Shown piece after piece: positions 51,565 to 62,053 of a DNA stretch of 64,000 bases; position 1 is the first letter of the stretch; the number at the start of each line of letters is the position of its first letter. The translations under genes were made by a program, and so were the position numbers. This DNA is from Candidatus Dojkabacteria bacterium (GTDB lineage Bacteria; Patescibacteriota; Dojkabacteria; J137): NCBI GenBank assembly GCA_030950485.1, contig JAUZRK010000006.1:19975-83974 (forward strand), in the 5' to 3' direction. Below the pieces are notes generated by a model. The model was given only the letters and a program-made list of their open reading frames with translations. It was not told the origin of the DNA and did no database searches.

Positions 51565-53589
51565 ATGACAGACGAACATTCATCAGATCTAATAGGACAA
51601 AGACAATTTAGACTCGAAAAAGTAAAAAAACTTAGAGATATGGGAATTGATCCATTCCCATCAGTTGCTAGAAAAACTCATACTAATTCTCAAATCACAG
51701 ATGAATTTGAAGATTTAGAAGGTAAAGAAGTAACAGTAATCGGAAGACTAGAAAATTTAAGAGAACATGGAAAATTAAAATTTGGCGTTATCAGAGATCA
51801 GTCTGGAGAAATACAACTCTATATTAAAACTGATGAACTAAAAGATACTGATATAAATGATCAAAGACTTGGTTTTGATCATTTAAATTTAATTGATATC
51901 GGTGATTTTGTACTAGCAAGTGGAATTGTAACAAAAACTCAGAAAGGAGAAATATCAGTAATGCCCCATACAATAAAAATAGCTACTAAATCTATTAGGC
52001 CACTTCCAAATGACATGGAAGATAAAGAAGAAAGGTTTAGAAGAAGGTATGTAGATATGAACGTACATCCGGAAGTTCGAAAAATGTTTGAGAGAAGAGC
52101 AAAATTCTGGGAAGCTCATCGTGAGTTCTTAAACAAACAGGATTTTTTTGAAGTAAATATTCCTGTTTTAGAACATGTGCCAGGAGGAGGAGATGCTGTT
52201 CCGTTTACTACACATATGAATGCAATCCATGAAGATTTCTTTTTAAGAATTTCTCATGAGTTACCTTTAAAAAAATTAACCGGTGCAGGATTTGATAAAG
52301 TCTATGATATTGGAGCAAGATTTAGAAATGAAGGATTATCGGATGAGCATTTATCAGAACATATTGCTATGGAGTTTTATTGGGCATATGCTAACTGGGA
52401 AGATGGGATGAAATTTGTTCAAGATATGTTTAATTACGTAATTGATAAAACTTATAATGGACAGAAAAAATTCAGTATTCGAGGTTTTGACGTTGAATTT
52501 GGAAATGAATGGGAAAGAATTGATTTCAATGAAATTTTAAATAAACATTTTGATATTGGAAATGTTTACGAAGTAGATCTAGAAACTGTAATAAAATTAC
52601 TTACTGAAAATAACATAGAATTTGATCCAAAAACTATAAATATTCCAAGAGGAGTAGATTCACTATGGAAACAGATTAGAAAAACAATAGCTGGACCTGC
52701 ATTCTTAGTAAATCATCCAAAATACTTATCACCTCTACAAAAACCAAGTAAAGAGAATCCAAACATTGTAGAAAGATGTCAGCCAATTATTGCTGGAAGT
52801 GAATTAGGTAACGGTTGGAGTGAGTTAAATGATCCGGTAGAGCAATATGAACGATTCGTAGAACAGCAAGAGATGAGAGATGCTGGAGATGATGAGGCGC
52901 AATGGCTAGATATCGATTATGTTGAAATGCTTGAATACGGAATGCCTCCTACTTTCGGTTGGGGACATAGTGAAAGAGTCTTCTGGTTTTTAGAAGATGT
53001 AACAGCGAAAGAGGGAGTTCCATTCCCAGCAATGAAATTTCATGTTGATGAGTTAACTAAAAAAATATATTCAGAAATTGATTTTGATAGTTTGAGAGGA
53101 GAAATAGAAGAAGCTGAAAGCGAGAATAGCCATTCTCGCCCTCAAAATGCTTCTATCTCAAAATCTAAAGGCCAAGATTACGATAACAGAATTGCGATTA
53201 TCGTAAACAGAGATCTAGAAAACTGGCAAATAGCAAACACAGTAGCTCATGTATCAGCTTATCTTGGACATAAACTAGATGAGAAATTCGCTACAGGAGA
53301 AAACTTTGTAACTAAAGATGGTAAGAATCATCCTAGAAATTCTCAATATCCAATAATGATATTCGCAGCTAAACCAGGCCAGATGAGTAATTTAATAGCA
53401 AGTGTACGTGAGTCTGGAAACCTTTATCATGGTTTCATTAAAGAAATGATTGATACGACTGATGATAAAGAGATCACTGAAATATTAGAGAAAAAAGATG
53501 ATTCAGAAATTGAGTATTTGGGAGTTGGAATTTATGGTTCAAATGAAGAGCTTAAAAAAATAACTAATAAATTTAAACTGTGGAGTTAG
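51565..53589 (+). CDS. lysS: Lysyl-tRNA synthetase (class II) with C-terminal DUF2000-like domain
   Basis: OB anticodon domain; RFRRRYVD; FRNEG; ELGNGWSELNDP; YGMPP; extra ~140-aa C-terminal domain. Confidence 0.95.
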   Translation: MTDEHSSDLIGQRQFRLEKVKKLRDMGIDPFPSVARKTHTNSQITDEFEDLEGKEVTVIGRLENLREHGKLKFGVIRDQSGEIQLYIKTDELKDTDINDQRLGFDHLNLIDIGDFVLASGIVTKTQKGEISVMPHTIKIATKSIRPLPNDMEDKEERFRRRYVDMNVHPEVRKMFERRAKFWEAHREFLNKQDFFEVNIPVLEHVPGGGDAVPFTTHMNAIHEDFFLRISHELPLKKLTGAGFDKVYDIGARFRNEGLSDEHLSEHIAMEFYWAYANWEDGMKFVQDMFNYVIDKTYNGQKKFSIRGFDVEFGNEWERIDFNEILNKHFDIGNVYEVDLETVIKLLTENNIEFDPKTINIPRGVDSLWKQIRKTIAGPAFLVNHPKYLSPLQKPSKENPNIVERCQPIIAGSELGNGWSELNDPVEQYERFVEQQEMRDAGDDEAQWLDIDYVEMLEYGMPPTFGWGHSERVFWFLEDVTAKEGVPFPAMKFHVDELTKKIYSEIDFDSLRGEIEEAESENSHSRPQNASISKSKGQDYDNRIAIIVNRDLENWQIANTVAHVSAYLGHKLDEKFATGENFVTKDGKNHPRNSQYPIMIFAAKPGQMSNLIASVRESGNLYHGFIKEMIDTTDDKEITEILEKKDDSEIEYLGVGIYGSNEELKKITNKFKLWS

Positions 53590-53621
53590 TAATAAAATAA
53601 ATCATTATTAAATTTAAACTT

Positions 53622-54290
53622 ATGGATAAAAGCGTAATTTTAGTAGCATTAATAGTAGTAACAGTATCAATCTTAGGAGGTGTCAAAGTTTTAGATGTTA
53701 TAGAAAACAATGATAATTCTGCTGAAGAAACAGAACTTATCGAGATAGAAGCAACGGAACCCTTATTACTAGATGAATCAGAAGTTGTACCATTCTTAAA
53801 TGACACAGAAGAATCCATGAAAAATTTTGACGGAGTAGTTAAATCTATTCAGGTTAATGGAGAAATAGAGACTTTTGTAGAATATGATCTTATTAGTAAA
53901 GTTGGTAAAGTTGAAAGTGAAAGTTCAGAAGTTTATGTAACTGAAACTGAAGTTTTTACTAAAGAGCTGGAAAGCGATTGGGTAATAACAGAAACTAATG
54001 AAGAGCAGACATTAAGCTTTTTTGAAAGACCTTATAAAATCTTTAATGAATCATTTAGCTACAAGTACTTAGAAACTGGAGAATGTCCGCTAGAAATTAG
54101 CTTGGAGTGTGTTCACATTGAAGGTAGTACAGAGGAGGAAATTATCGATTATTATATTAGATCAGAAAGTAAGCGTTTAGAAGTTCTAGAAGTTAAAGAT
54201 GCTGGGATTATAAAAGAATACAGGTACAGTTCTGGAGAGGCTTTAAGCTTACCTGAAGAATTAGTAGTAGTTAATGATGAGCAATTATAA
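53622..54290 (+). CDS. Membrane-anchored acidic extracytoplasmic protein
   Basis: N-terminal TM; Glu-rich beta domain with a Cys pair. Confidence 0.65.
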   Translation: MDKSVILVALIVVTVSILGGVKVLDVIENNDNSAEETELIEIEATEPLLLDESEVVPFLNDTEESMKNFDGVVKSIQVNGEIETFVEYDLISKVGKVESESSEVYVTETEVFTKELESDWVITETNEEQTLSFFERPYKIFNESFSYKYLETGECPLEISLECVHIEGSTEEEIIDYYIRSESKRLEVLEVKDAGIIKEYRYSSGEALSLPEELVVVNDEQL

Positions 54291-54306
54291 TTATTAAAAA
54301 AGTCGT

Positions 54307-54894
54307 ATGGAAATAACCAAGGAAATAATTGATGACGCATTGATAAAATTAAATAATCATGTAAAGGAACCTTACCAGATCCTTCATTCAAAGATGGTTG
54401 CATTAGCTATGCAAGTGTGGGCAAAAGAACTTGGTGAAGATGAGAGCCTTTGGTATTTAACTGGTTTAGTCCATGATATTGACTATTATGAACATCCAGA
54501 ACAACATCCTGCAATTTCTCTAGACTGGTTTAGAGAATGGGGATATCCTGAAGATTTAATACATGCTGTTGAAGCTCATGCTTTTAAATATAATGGGTTT
54601 GAAAAAGAGCCAGAAAATATGATGGCTGCAGCTTTAATTTCTTGCGATGAATTATCAGGATTTCTTTATGCTTATAGTTTAATGAGACCAACAAACTTTG
54701 ATGGGATGGAGGCAAAAGGAGTTAAGAAAAGACTTAAAGATCTAAATTTCGCTGCAAAGATTAGTAGAGATGATATTAATTATGGAGTTGAAAAATTCGC
54801 TGAGTTTAGCGGAGGTAGAGTAGATAAAGATAAGCATATTTCACTTTTAATCAGTGTTTTTAGTGAAATGCAAGAACTAAAAGAATTAGCCTAA
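54307..54894 (+). CDS. HD-domain predicted hydrolase
   Basis: H; GLVHDIDY; CDELSG; RP; FAA.ISR. Confidence 0.85.
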   Translation: MEITKEIIDDALIKLNNHVKEPYQILHSKMVALAMQVWAKELGEDESLWYLTGLVHDIDYYEHPEQHPAISLDWFREWGYPEDLIHAVEAHAFKYNGFEKEPENMMAAALISCDELSGFLYAYSLMRPTNFDGMEAKGVKKRLKDLNFAAKISRDDINYGVEKFAEFSGGRVDKDKHISLLISVFSEMQELKELA

Positions 54895-54941
54895 TAATAA
54901 TAATAATAATCACCCCTTGAGGGGAGGCTAGGAGGGGTGAT
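54892..54941. repeat. (TAA)6 run plus GC-rich REP-like palindrome
   Basis: ATCACCCCT-TGAGGGGAGGCTAGG-AGGGGTGAT immediately after six tandem TAA. Confidence 0.7.
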
Positions 54942-54954
54942 CACACAAAACTTT

Positions 54955-55287
54955 ATGGCTAAAACTATCAAATTCTCCACAGAACTTACAAAACTCGTCA
55001 AAGAAGGAACTAAAACAGCTACATTTAGAATACTAGATGATAAAGACTTACAAACTGGTGATAAAGTAATATTTGCAGAGAGAGATGGAGAGAGAGTCAC
55101 TGAGTTTGGAGAAGGAGAATTATTAGAAGTTTATACAAAGGCGTATAAAGACTTAAATAGAGCTGATTGGGTTGGACATGAGCATTATGATGATTTATTA
55201 GAAGTGTTTAAGAAATTTTATGGAGATTCGATTGATAAAGAAGTACTGGTCAAAGTTGTTAGGTTTAAGATTAATAAGTTTTATTAA
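54955..55287 (+). CDS. ASCH/PUA-like domain protein
   Basis: IKF..LVKEGTKTATFR..GD.V.F; the ATG at 54955 is preferred over the GTG inside the repeat. Confidence 0.8.
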   Translation: MAKTIKFSTELTKLVKEGTKTATFRILDDKDLQTGDKVIFAERDGERVTEFGEGELLEVYTKAYKDLNRADWVGHEHYDDLLEVFKKFYGDSIDKEVLVKVVRFKINKFY

Positions 55288-55374
55288 ATCATTAGTCTAT
55301 CAGGTTTCAATGAATAAGTTGTCATTGACTGACAGATAAACTCAATAATATAATCAGTATATATACTTTTTTCT

Positions 55375-55650
55375 ATGAGTGAAGCTATAGTTCCTGATAC
55401 ATACGGCGAAACAAATGATGTCCTTATCGTTTGTAATATTCCAGGACAACTTTTGGATGATAAATGGAATCAAAAATGCGCTGAGCTCGGACTATACCCG
55501 ATAATACCTTTGGATGACATAAATAATGAAACCACTGCTACTTTACATCCAGATAGAATTAATAGGGTTAGAGCGAGAAATAGACAAAGTAATAGACGGA
55601 CTGGTGTAGATCATAAAGCATGGCGAATTTCAGAAACTCAAGAGCAATAG
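55375..55650 (+). CDS. Hypothetical protein
   Basis: 91-aa ORF with TTGACT..TATAAT upstream. Confidence 0.45.
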   Translation: MSEAIVPDTYGETNDVLIVCNIPGQLLDDKWNQKCAELGLYPIIPLDDINNETTATLHPDRINRVRARNRQSNRRTGVDHKAWRISETQEQ

Positions 55651-55865
55651 ATTATAAATACAAGAATTTTGTTTTCAATATCTTAGGTTTTAAGTCTGGC
55701 TTAAATACAACTTCCAAAAAATAAGAATCTCTTAGATCAAAGTCAATTCACTACCCTAAATTTCTACAACTGTTACCACTACTGAAAAGTATATCTATGT
55801 TTATGTTTGATAATTTGAATCATATCAAGCTTAATATTTGCAATATATTCATGATATAATTAGTT

Positions 55866-56363
55866 ATGGATAATCATAATGAAAATCTAGAAATTAACAT
55901 TGAATATCTGGAAGGTTTTCAGAGTGATGTAAATCGACTTCATGAAAAAAGAAGAGAGGCGTTTGAAGTTGTTGTGCAAGATGCAAAAAGTAGTAAAAGC
56001 AAGACAACTGAGTTCTCAATCTACGAAATACTTTATTATACGAAAATTGAAACTAGAGAAGTGGCTAGTATAAATGGAGCACTAAAAATAATCGACCCGA
56101 TGATATGGATGGGGCCTGCTAGAGTAGAGCTTAGTAGATTCTTAGAGTTTACCGAACAATTCACAGTTGGATTAGAGTTAGGTATGGATGATTTTTATAA
56201 ATATATTGAAGTGAGTGATGGATTTACTTGGAAAATTGTAAACATCTTCTTGGAGAAAATAATTGAGCTCACACCAGAAAGTGCTGCAGGAGGATTTAAT
56301 GGACCAAGAAAGAGGTGTCCTGCTTCAATAGCTCCACAGGTTTTAAAGACTATTTTTATTTAA
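55866..56363 (+). CDS. Hypothetical protein
   Basis: 165-aa ORF with TTGCAA..TATAAT just upstream. Confidence 0.55.
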   Translation: MDNHNENLEINIEYLEGFQSDVNRLHEKRREAFEVVVQDAKSSKSKTTEFSIYEILYYTKIETREVASINGALKIIDPMIWMGPARVELSRFLEFTEQFTVGLELGMDDFYKYIEVSDGFTWKIVNIFLEKIIELTPESAAGGFNGPRKRCPASIAPQVLKTIFI

Positions 56364-56594
56364 TGCTCAAAGACTGTGCTTTTATGAATATAGAACTTAA
56401 TAAATCAGAGTTAGTTGAGCCGTCGATAAGTTTATATGATAGGAGTGGATTTGAGATTTCTAAGTTAAGAGTATAAAACACCATCTTGTGTTTTCTCTAT
56501 ATACATTATACATGATTGACACATGTTTTTGTATATTGTAAAAATATATTACTACTATATAATAAAGACAACCTTATCTTTTATATTTTATATA

Positions 56595-58372
56595 TGCATC
56601 GACTCTCTGCATTTATATCAAATGGTACTTGGGCTCTTAGCTTTTTCTGGAAGTATTCAAGAAAAGTAACCTTAGTAAATATAATATTCAATTCTATTTC
56701 AAGCTTATCAACCTTAATAAATGCCTTTATCATTAGTAAATTAATAGATGAAACAATCTATATAATTGAGAATAATGAAGAGCCTAATAAAGCCTTTGGG
56801 TTAATTGCACTAATATGTACAATTCTAATTGTCCTTAAGATTATCAGCTCAATAAATGACTATTATTCTAAGTATTTAGATGAGGTTGTTAGATATTATC
56901 CAAAGCAATTAATGTATGAAAAGCTGAACAAATTATCAGTTGCAGAGCTAGAAAAACCCGAATTAAATAATAAGATTAATAGATTCCAGGAATCAATATA
57001 TTCAATTAAAGTATATTTTGACCTAGTCATAGGATTTTTTTCAGAAGCCACACTTCTCTTATTATCATTCATCTCAGTGATTTATATACTTCCTATTCAC
57101 ATTGCTCTATCAGTACTATTGGTTGTTCCTACAATATTAATATCAAATAAAAACTTAAAAAAGTTACATAAACATAGAGTCAATTCAACGGAAGAAAGAA
57201 GAAAGGTTAATATGCTGACTAATTTTATGTTGGAAACAGAAAGATTTACAGAAATTAGATTAAGTAATTCATACGAATTTATAAAAGATCAGTTTGAAAG
57301 TTTTAACAAATGGTCAATTAAAGAGGTATTCAGTATTCGAAAGGACTGGTTTATAAAATTATATTTCTTTGAAGTTTTACAAATATTGATATTTTTATAT
57401 CAATTGATAATGCTTGGATCTAATGGAGAAATATCTACAGGACAGATTGCCTTTATTTATAGTACTTTTACCTTAGTTGCTTTAAATCTAAAAAGAATAG
57501 TAAATACTGTTACAAATATAAATGATTTTAATAACAGACATTCAGATATAAGAGATGTTTTCGATTGGAAAGAAGATAATATTAATTCAGGAATCATATT
57601 AGAAGATACAAAACTGCCTCCAAAACTTATACTTAGAAACGTTGAATTTCAATATTCTAAAGCAAATGAGCCAACACTAAAGAATATAAACCTTGAAATC
57701 AATCCTGGAGAGAAGATAGCAATTGTCGGTCACAATGGAGCAGGAAAAACAACTTTGGTGAAACTGATTTCTAAAATATATCCTGCGACTAAAGGACAAA
57801 TCTTAATAGATGGATCAAATTTAAATGAGATTAATTCCGAAAGCTGGAATAGACAATTAGGAATTCTATTTCAGACATACAATAACTATGGTCCTCTAAC
57901 GGCAAAAGAGAATATTGCAATTGGTGATATTCATAAGCCTTTTGATGAAGGTTCTTTAAAAGATGCAGCTTTAAAGGCAGATGCATTAGATTTTATTAAT
58001 AAATACCCTAATAAGTTTGATCAAGTATTAAGTGAGAAGTATAAAAATGGAATCAGACCTTCAACTGGTCAATGGCAAAAAATTGCAATTGCTAGATTTT
58101 TCTATCGAAACGCACCTGTTTTAATATTAGATGAACCAACAGCTTCAATTGACGCTGAGGCTGAGGAAAAAATCTTTAATAGAATTTATGAATTCATTGA
58201 AAATAAAACTGTAATTATTATTTCTCATAGGTTTTCTACAGTTAGAAAAGCCGATCGGATTGTAGTTTTAGATCAAAGTGAAATTGTAGAGCAGGGGAGT
58301 CATAAGGAACTAATGGAGCTTAATGGTAAGTATAAAAAGTTGTTTGAGCTGCAGGCGAGGAGTTATAGTTAA
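56595..58372 (+). CDS. ABC exporter, fused permease and ATPase
   Basis: TM domain; GHNGAGKTT; PSTGQWQK; ILDEPT; ISHR. ATG at 56595 is the likelier start. Confidence 0.9.
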
Positions 58373-58380
58373 AAAATATA

Positions 58381-58471
58381 CTAACCACAGAGTTACACGG
58401 AGAAAGGCACACAGAGTTTAATCCAAACCTGCCTTTATACTCTGTGTTTACTCTGTGGTTCTCTGTGGTTA
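58381..58471. repeat. Palindromic CACAGAG/CTCTGTG element, copy 1
   Basis: CTAACCACAGAG-TTACACGGAG-AAAGGCACACAGAG ... CTCTGTG-TTTA-CTCTGTG-GTT-CTCTGTGGTTA. Confidence 0.9.
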
Positions 58472-58485
58472 ATTTGCATTTTTAT

Positions 58486-58872
58486 TCACAAAGCATACCT
58501 CCTAATCCCAGTTTTCAAACTAACAACATTAAAATTCATCAAATACCCAATTCTCTTTCCTGATAACTTTAGATATGTCAAAAGTTGAGCTGTATGTATA
58601 TCACTTAAACTCTCGACGGCTTTCAGTTCTATTATTACTTTATCTTCTACAACTAAATCTAATCGATAACCACAATCTAATTTCACATTTTTGTAAATAA
58701 CTGGAAGTGCTGTTTGAGATTCTACATTTAAATCTAATGCTCTTAATTCATAGAATAAACAAGCTTCGTATGTAGATTCTAATAATCCTGGCCCTAAATA
58801 CGTATGAACATTAAAAGCTGCTTTTAGAATTAGATTTGTTAAGTCTTTGTATAAAAAATTATTTGTCATCAC
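58486..58872 (-). CDS. GxxExxY protein (PD-(D/E)XK nuclease superfamily)
   Basis: LGPGLLESTY; RLDLVVEDKVIIELKAV; AQLLTYLK; G.L.NF. Confidence 0.92.
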   Translation of the reverse strand: MMTNNFLYKDLTNLILKAAFNVHTYLGPGLLESTYEACLFYELRALDLNVESQTALPVIYKNVKLDCGYRLDLVVEDKVIIELKAVESLSDIHTAQLLTYLKLSGKRIGYLMNFNVVSLKTGIRRYAL

Positions 58873-58934
58873 TAATGATATCTTTAAACATCAAGTTCAG
58901 ACAATGTGTTGCTATACAAATTCCAGAAGAAATT

Positions 58935-59014
58935 CTAACCACAGAGTTACACAGAGAAAGGCACACAGAGTTTGATCAAAGTTTGTCTTTATACTCTGTG
59001 GATCTCTGTGGTTT
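58935..59014. repeat. Palindromic CACAGAG/CTCTGTG element, copy 2 (direct repeat of copy 1)
   Basis: First 39 nt match copy 1 with one mismatch; shares CTTTATACTCTGTG..CTCTGTGGTT. Confidence 0.9.
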
Positions 59015-59555
59015 AATTTACCTTTTTAAGCAGACCAGAATCCTTTAGCGTAAACCTTTCTGTTTTAAAAATATCCTTTAAATCTAAGTTAGTAAAACTA
59101 CATATCTTATCTAGTTTGAATTCCAAGATAATAGTTTCTGTTCTTTTTATGTTTAACTCAGAACAGACATTAATTGTAAGCTTATCTAATACTTCTATTC
59201 CAATATTATCGAAAAGACATTCAGTATTAGAATCTCCTCGGCACGACTCTCCACTATATTGAGATTCTAGATATTGGTAGTCATAAGTAACTTTATTATC
59301 AAGCTTACTGCATTTCACAATATAGAGTGTAGTAAAGTCGCCTGATCCTTGATTAACAAAGGGTATTGTACATTAATCCTTTTCTAAATCTAATACTATT
59401 ACTTCAACATTATCCAATTTTATCGTGTTTGAAGAATTATGAAAAACCAATGTAGCTAGTATCATTAATAAAATGATTAAACTAAATAGTTTCAAATAAG
59501 TTCTCTTAGTCGTAACTAGAGTATCCTTTATTGTGAACTTATCATAAGTATTCAT
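59013..59555 (-). pseudogene. Membrane-anchored Cys-containing protein split into two ORFs
   Basis: 59373-59555 (TM) and 59013-59318 (Cys-rich) are adjacent on the same strand. Confidence 0.45.
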
Positions 59556-59819
59556 ATAATTTATTTTAGTTACTTGCTAACTGTTCATATAGAATAAATT
59601 TCAATTGGTATCTAATTTAATAACTATGCCTTCATTAGCTCTTTTGAATATTTTTCATTCCATTCTTTTTTAGCTGTATGTAAGTTACATTTTGGGCATA
59701 GTTTCTGACTTCATATTTGTATTCTAGTAGTGATACTACTACCTATATATTCAATTTACAAATTTCAACCACAATATCTTACCTACTAGTCAGTATTTTG
59801 TTAACTTAACATTATCAAA

Positions 59820-60341
59820 CTAGAAAAACACAAATATTAAATCATCAGAAACTAAAAAGAATCCATCTATTAAATCGCTTTCATAAATTGGTGTACAGTT
59901 ATTCCCAAACTCAGAGAATAGCATTTCCGTAAACCAAAACGTACTATCTTTGTCTTCGAAATAGTTTACATTAGTATCATTTTCACTAAACCTCCCTTTT
60001 ACTTCAGAGTCCATACAAAACTCAAAACTCCAACTGTTCTTATTAGCATTCAATGTTATTAAACTTTCCTCATTCAGACTTATAGTTGAATACGAGTAAT
60101 AATCTGATGGCCCTGGTACAAATCTAGATATATTTTCTCCTTGAGCATATGTTCCCATAGTACCAGATTTAATTACAAGATCAGTATTTACAGCTGAACT
60201 TATTAACTTAACATCCGTTATTAAGTTCTCTGAATTATCTTCTTGGTTAGAGTATTCTTTTAATAAGAATACTCCAACACCCAAGATAACAACTAAAAGT
60301 AACATCATAACTGATATTTGTTTGTATAATCTTATATTCAT
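59820..60341 (-). CDS. Membrane-anchored extracytoplasmic protein (possible immunity protein)
   Basis: N-terminal TM; Cys pair; starts 6 bp after the toxin-like remnant. Confidence 0.6.
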   Translation of the reverse strand: MNIRLYKQISVMMLLLVVILGVGVFLLKEYSNQEDNSENLITDVKLISSAVNTDLVIKSGTMGTYAQGENISRFVPGPSDYYSYSTISLNEESLITLNANKNSWSFEFCMDSEVKGRFSENDTNVNYFEDKDSTFWFTEMLFSEFGNNCTPIYESDLIDGFFLVSDDLIFVFF

Positions 60342-60347
60342 TAGTGT

Positions 60348-60936
60348 TTAGATTGTCATATTATAATATTTCAAACTATTATACTTTTCATATTCTCTTT
60401 TACTAACTTCCTCTATTGTCCTAGAATCAAAGTTACCTTTATCCCACTCTACTACTTGGATAACTTCTGAGTAATTCATATATGATTTAGCCCAATCAAG
60501 CTCCTCCTATCGCAGCCTCGCCTCTATTAAAATTATATTTATCTTCAATATTTATTGATAACTGCATTCTATAGCTTTTTGACCCATCTGGATTACAAAC
60601 TTCTGTAATTACACCGCTGTTCCAATAGTAAAAAGAACCTAGAGTCCTTGCCCAATTAAATGTTTCAGGATATGGATAGTTTGCAGATTCGTTTGGGTAT
60701 AGACCTTGTAGATGTGGATTATTTCTGAGTCCAAATGCATGAACACCACTCGTGAAGCTACATGTCTCTATATTTTCATCTTTACAATATTTATACAGCT
60801 CCTCAGCATTTTTTTGTGCGCTTAGAATTAAGTTATCATATCCTTTCTTACCTGATTCATCATCTTTGAAAAAACCACTAGCATCTATATATCTATCGCT
60901 ACCATCGCCAGTTTGAAAGTTTCTATAAGCTCTATC
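60348..60936 (-). pseudogene. Start-less remnant resembling a polymorphic-toxin/RHS C-terminal domain
   Basis: Manual translation: ..YPETFNWARTLGSFYYWNSG..YRMQLSINIEDKYNFNRG, then after a shift ELDWAKSYMNYSE..; absent from the ORF track. Confidence 0.5.
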
Positions 60937-60980
60937 TTAGATTAGATATTAGTGAAATACAAGGTGATGAGCTTGAAATA

Positions 60981-62006
60981 ATGAGAGGAGATTTATTTTC
61001 ATTTTATGAATTTTTATCAGATAGTTCTGATGAGGATACTTATTATATAATGGGGCAAGAGTACTTCCAGCAAAAAATTGATCATTTCCTAAGTAGGATA
61101 AGAATAGTAGAAAATGATAAGGGGAATTCACTGAGCTATTATGGAAAAAATCTTAGTAATGAATATATCATTATAGAAAGAGAAGAGCTTAATAATCTTA
61201 GTAGAGAAGAGCTAGTGTCATTATTTATAGACTTTTATGTAAATGATCTACCAGATAATCTTATAGAATTAGGAAATGGTGATAGATTTGTGCAACTTGT
61301 TTCTTTTGATAATCAAGGTTGGGTTGAAGTATTTAGATCTGATGGAGAGAGAATAATGATAAGAACACAGTTGAATAACGAGACAGGTCAGTATGATGTA
61401 ACTATTACAGATACAACACATAAAAGAGCATACGTAGGCGCTATGCTTAAAATGGATCTTTTACCTGGATATGTTCCTATCGAAGGAGAGTTTAATATTC
61501 AAACTAGCTTAGGACAAGATTGGCACGATCCAGTTTTTATAGAAGATATTGAGCAGATGATTACAAGACCTTCTCTCATGAATCGATTTATGTATGAAAT
61601 CATGGAAAGCAATATTGTGTTCAGGTATCTATCTTTACCCTGTGTTGGACAATTAAGAAGTGTTAACTATAACCCAATGCGAACAACTGATACAGAAGAG
61701 GGGATGACTTACAATAATTATATATACTTACCCATATTTATGTTTTATGAAAATCCAGGACTTGATGATCTTGATGAATCATTTTCTTCAAATGAGCAAA
61801 TAAATTCTCTTGAGTATAATGAGGAAATACCATTAAATTTACAAAGAATCTTGGATCAACGGATACAGGAAGAGATTAATAGGGTAATAAATGAAGAAGA
61901 CCTTGAACTATTCAATGAAGATGGTTATATGAATACAGGAGATATGTTTGAGATTTTAGATGAAATATTACCAAATATACATCGTTATTCTGTTCCTCAA
62001 GGATAA
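60981..62006 (+). CDS. Hypothetical acidic protein
   Basis: 341-aa ORF; no recognised motif. Confidence 0.6.
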   Translation: MRGDLFSFYEFLSDSSDEDTYYIMGQEYFQQKIDHFLSRIRIVENDKGNSLSYYGKNLSNEYIIIEREELNNLSREELVSLFIDFYVNDLPDNLIELGNGDRFVQLVSFDNQGWVEVFRSDGERIMIRTQLNNETGQYDVTITDTTHKRAYVGAMLKMDLLPGYVPIEGEFNIQTSLGQDWHDPVFIEDIEQMITRPSLMNRFMYEIMESNIVFRYLSLPCVGQLRSVNYNPMRTTDTEEGMTYNNYIYLPIFMFYENPGLDDLDESFSSNEQINSLEYNEEIPLNLQRILDQRIQEEINRVINEEDLELFNEDGYMNTGDMFEILDEILPNIHRYSVPQG

Positions 62007-62053
62007 GTCCTATAAAACTAAAATCATAAAAGATAGAGTTAATAGTCTAAAAC

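Noticed and set aside
58381-59014. CRISPR array or IS terminal inverted repeats
   Set aside because: Only two long copies, in direct orientation, separated by a gene. No spacer periodicity, cas genes or recognisable transposase.
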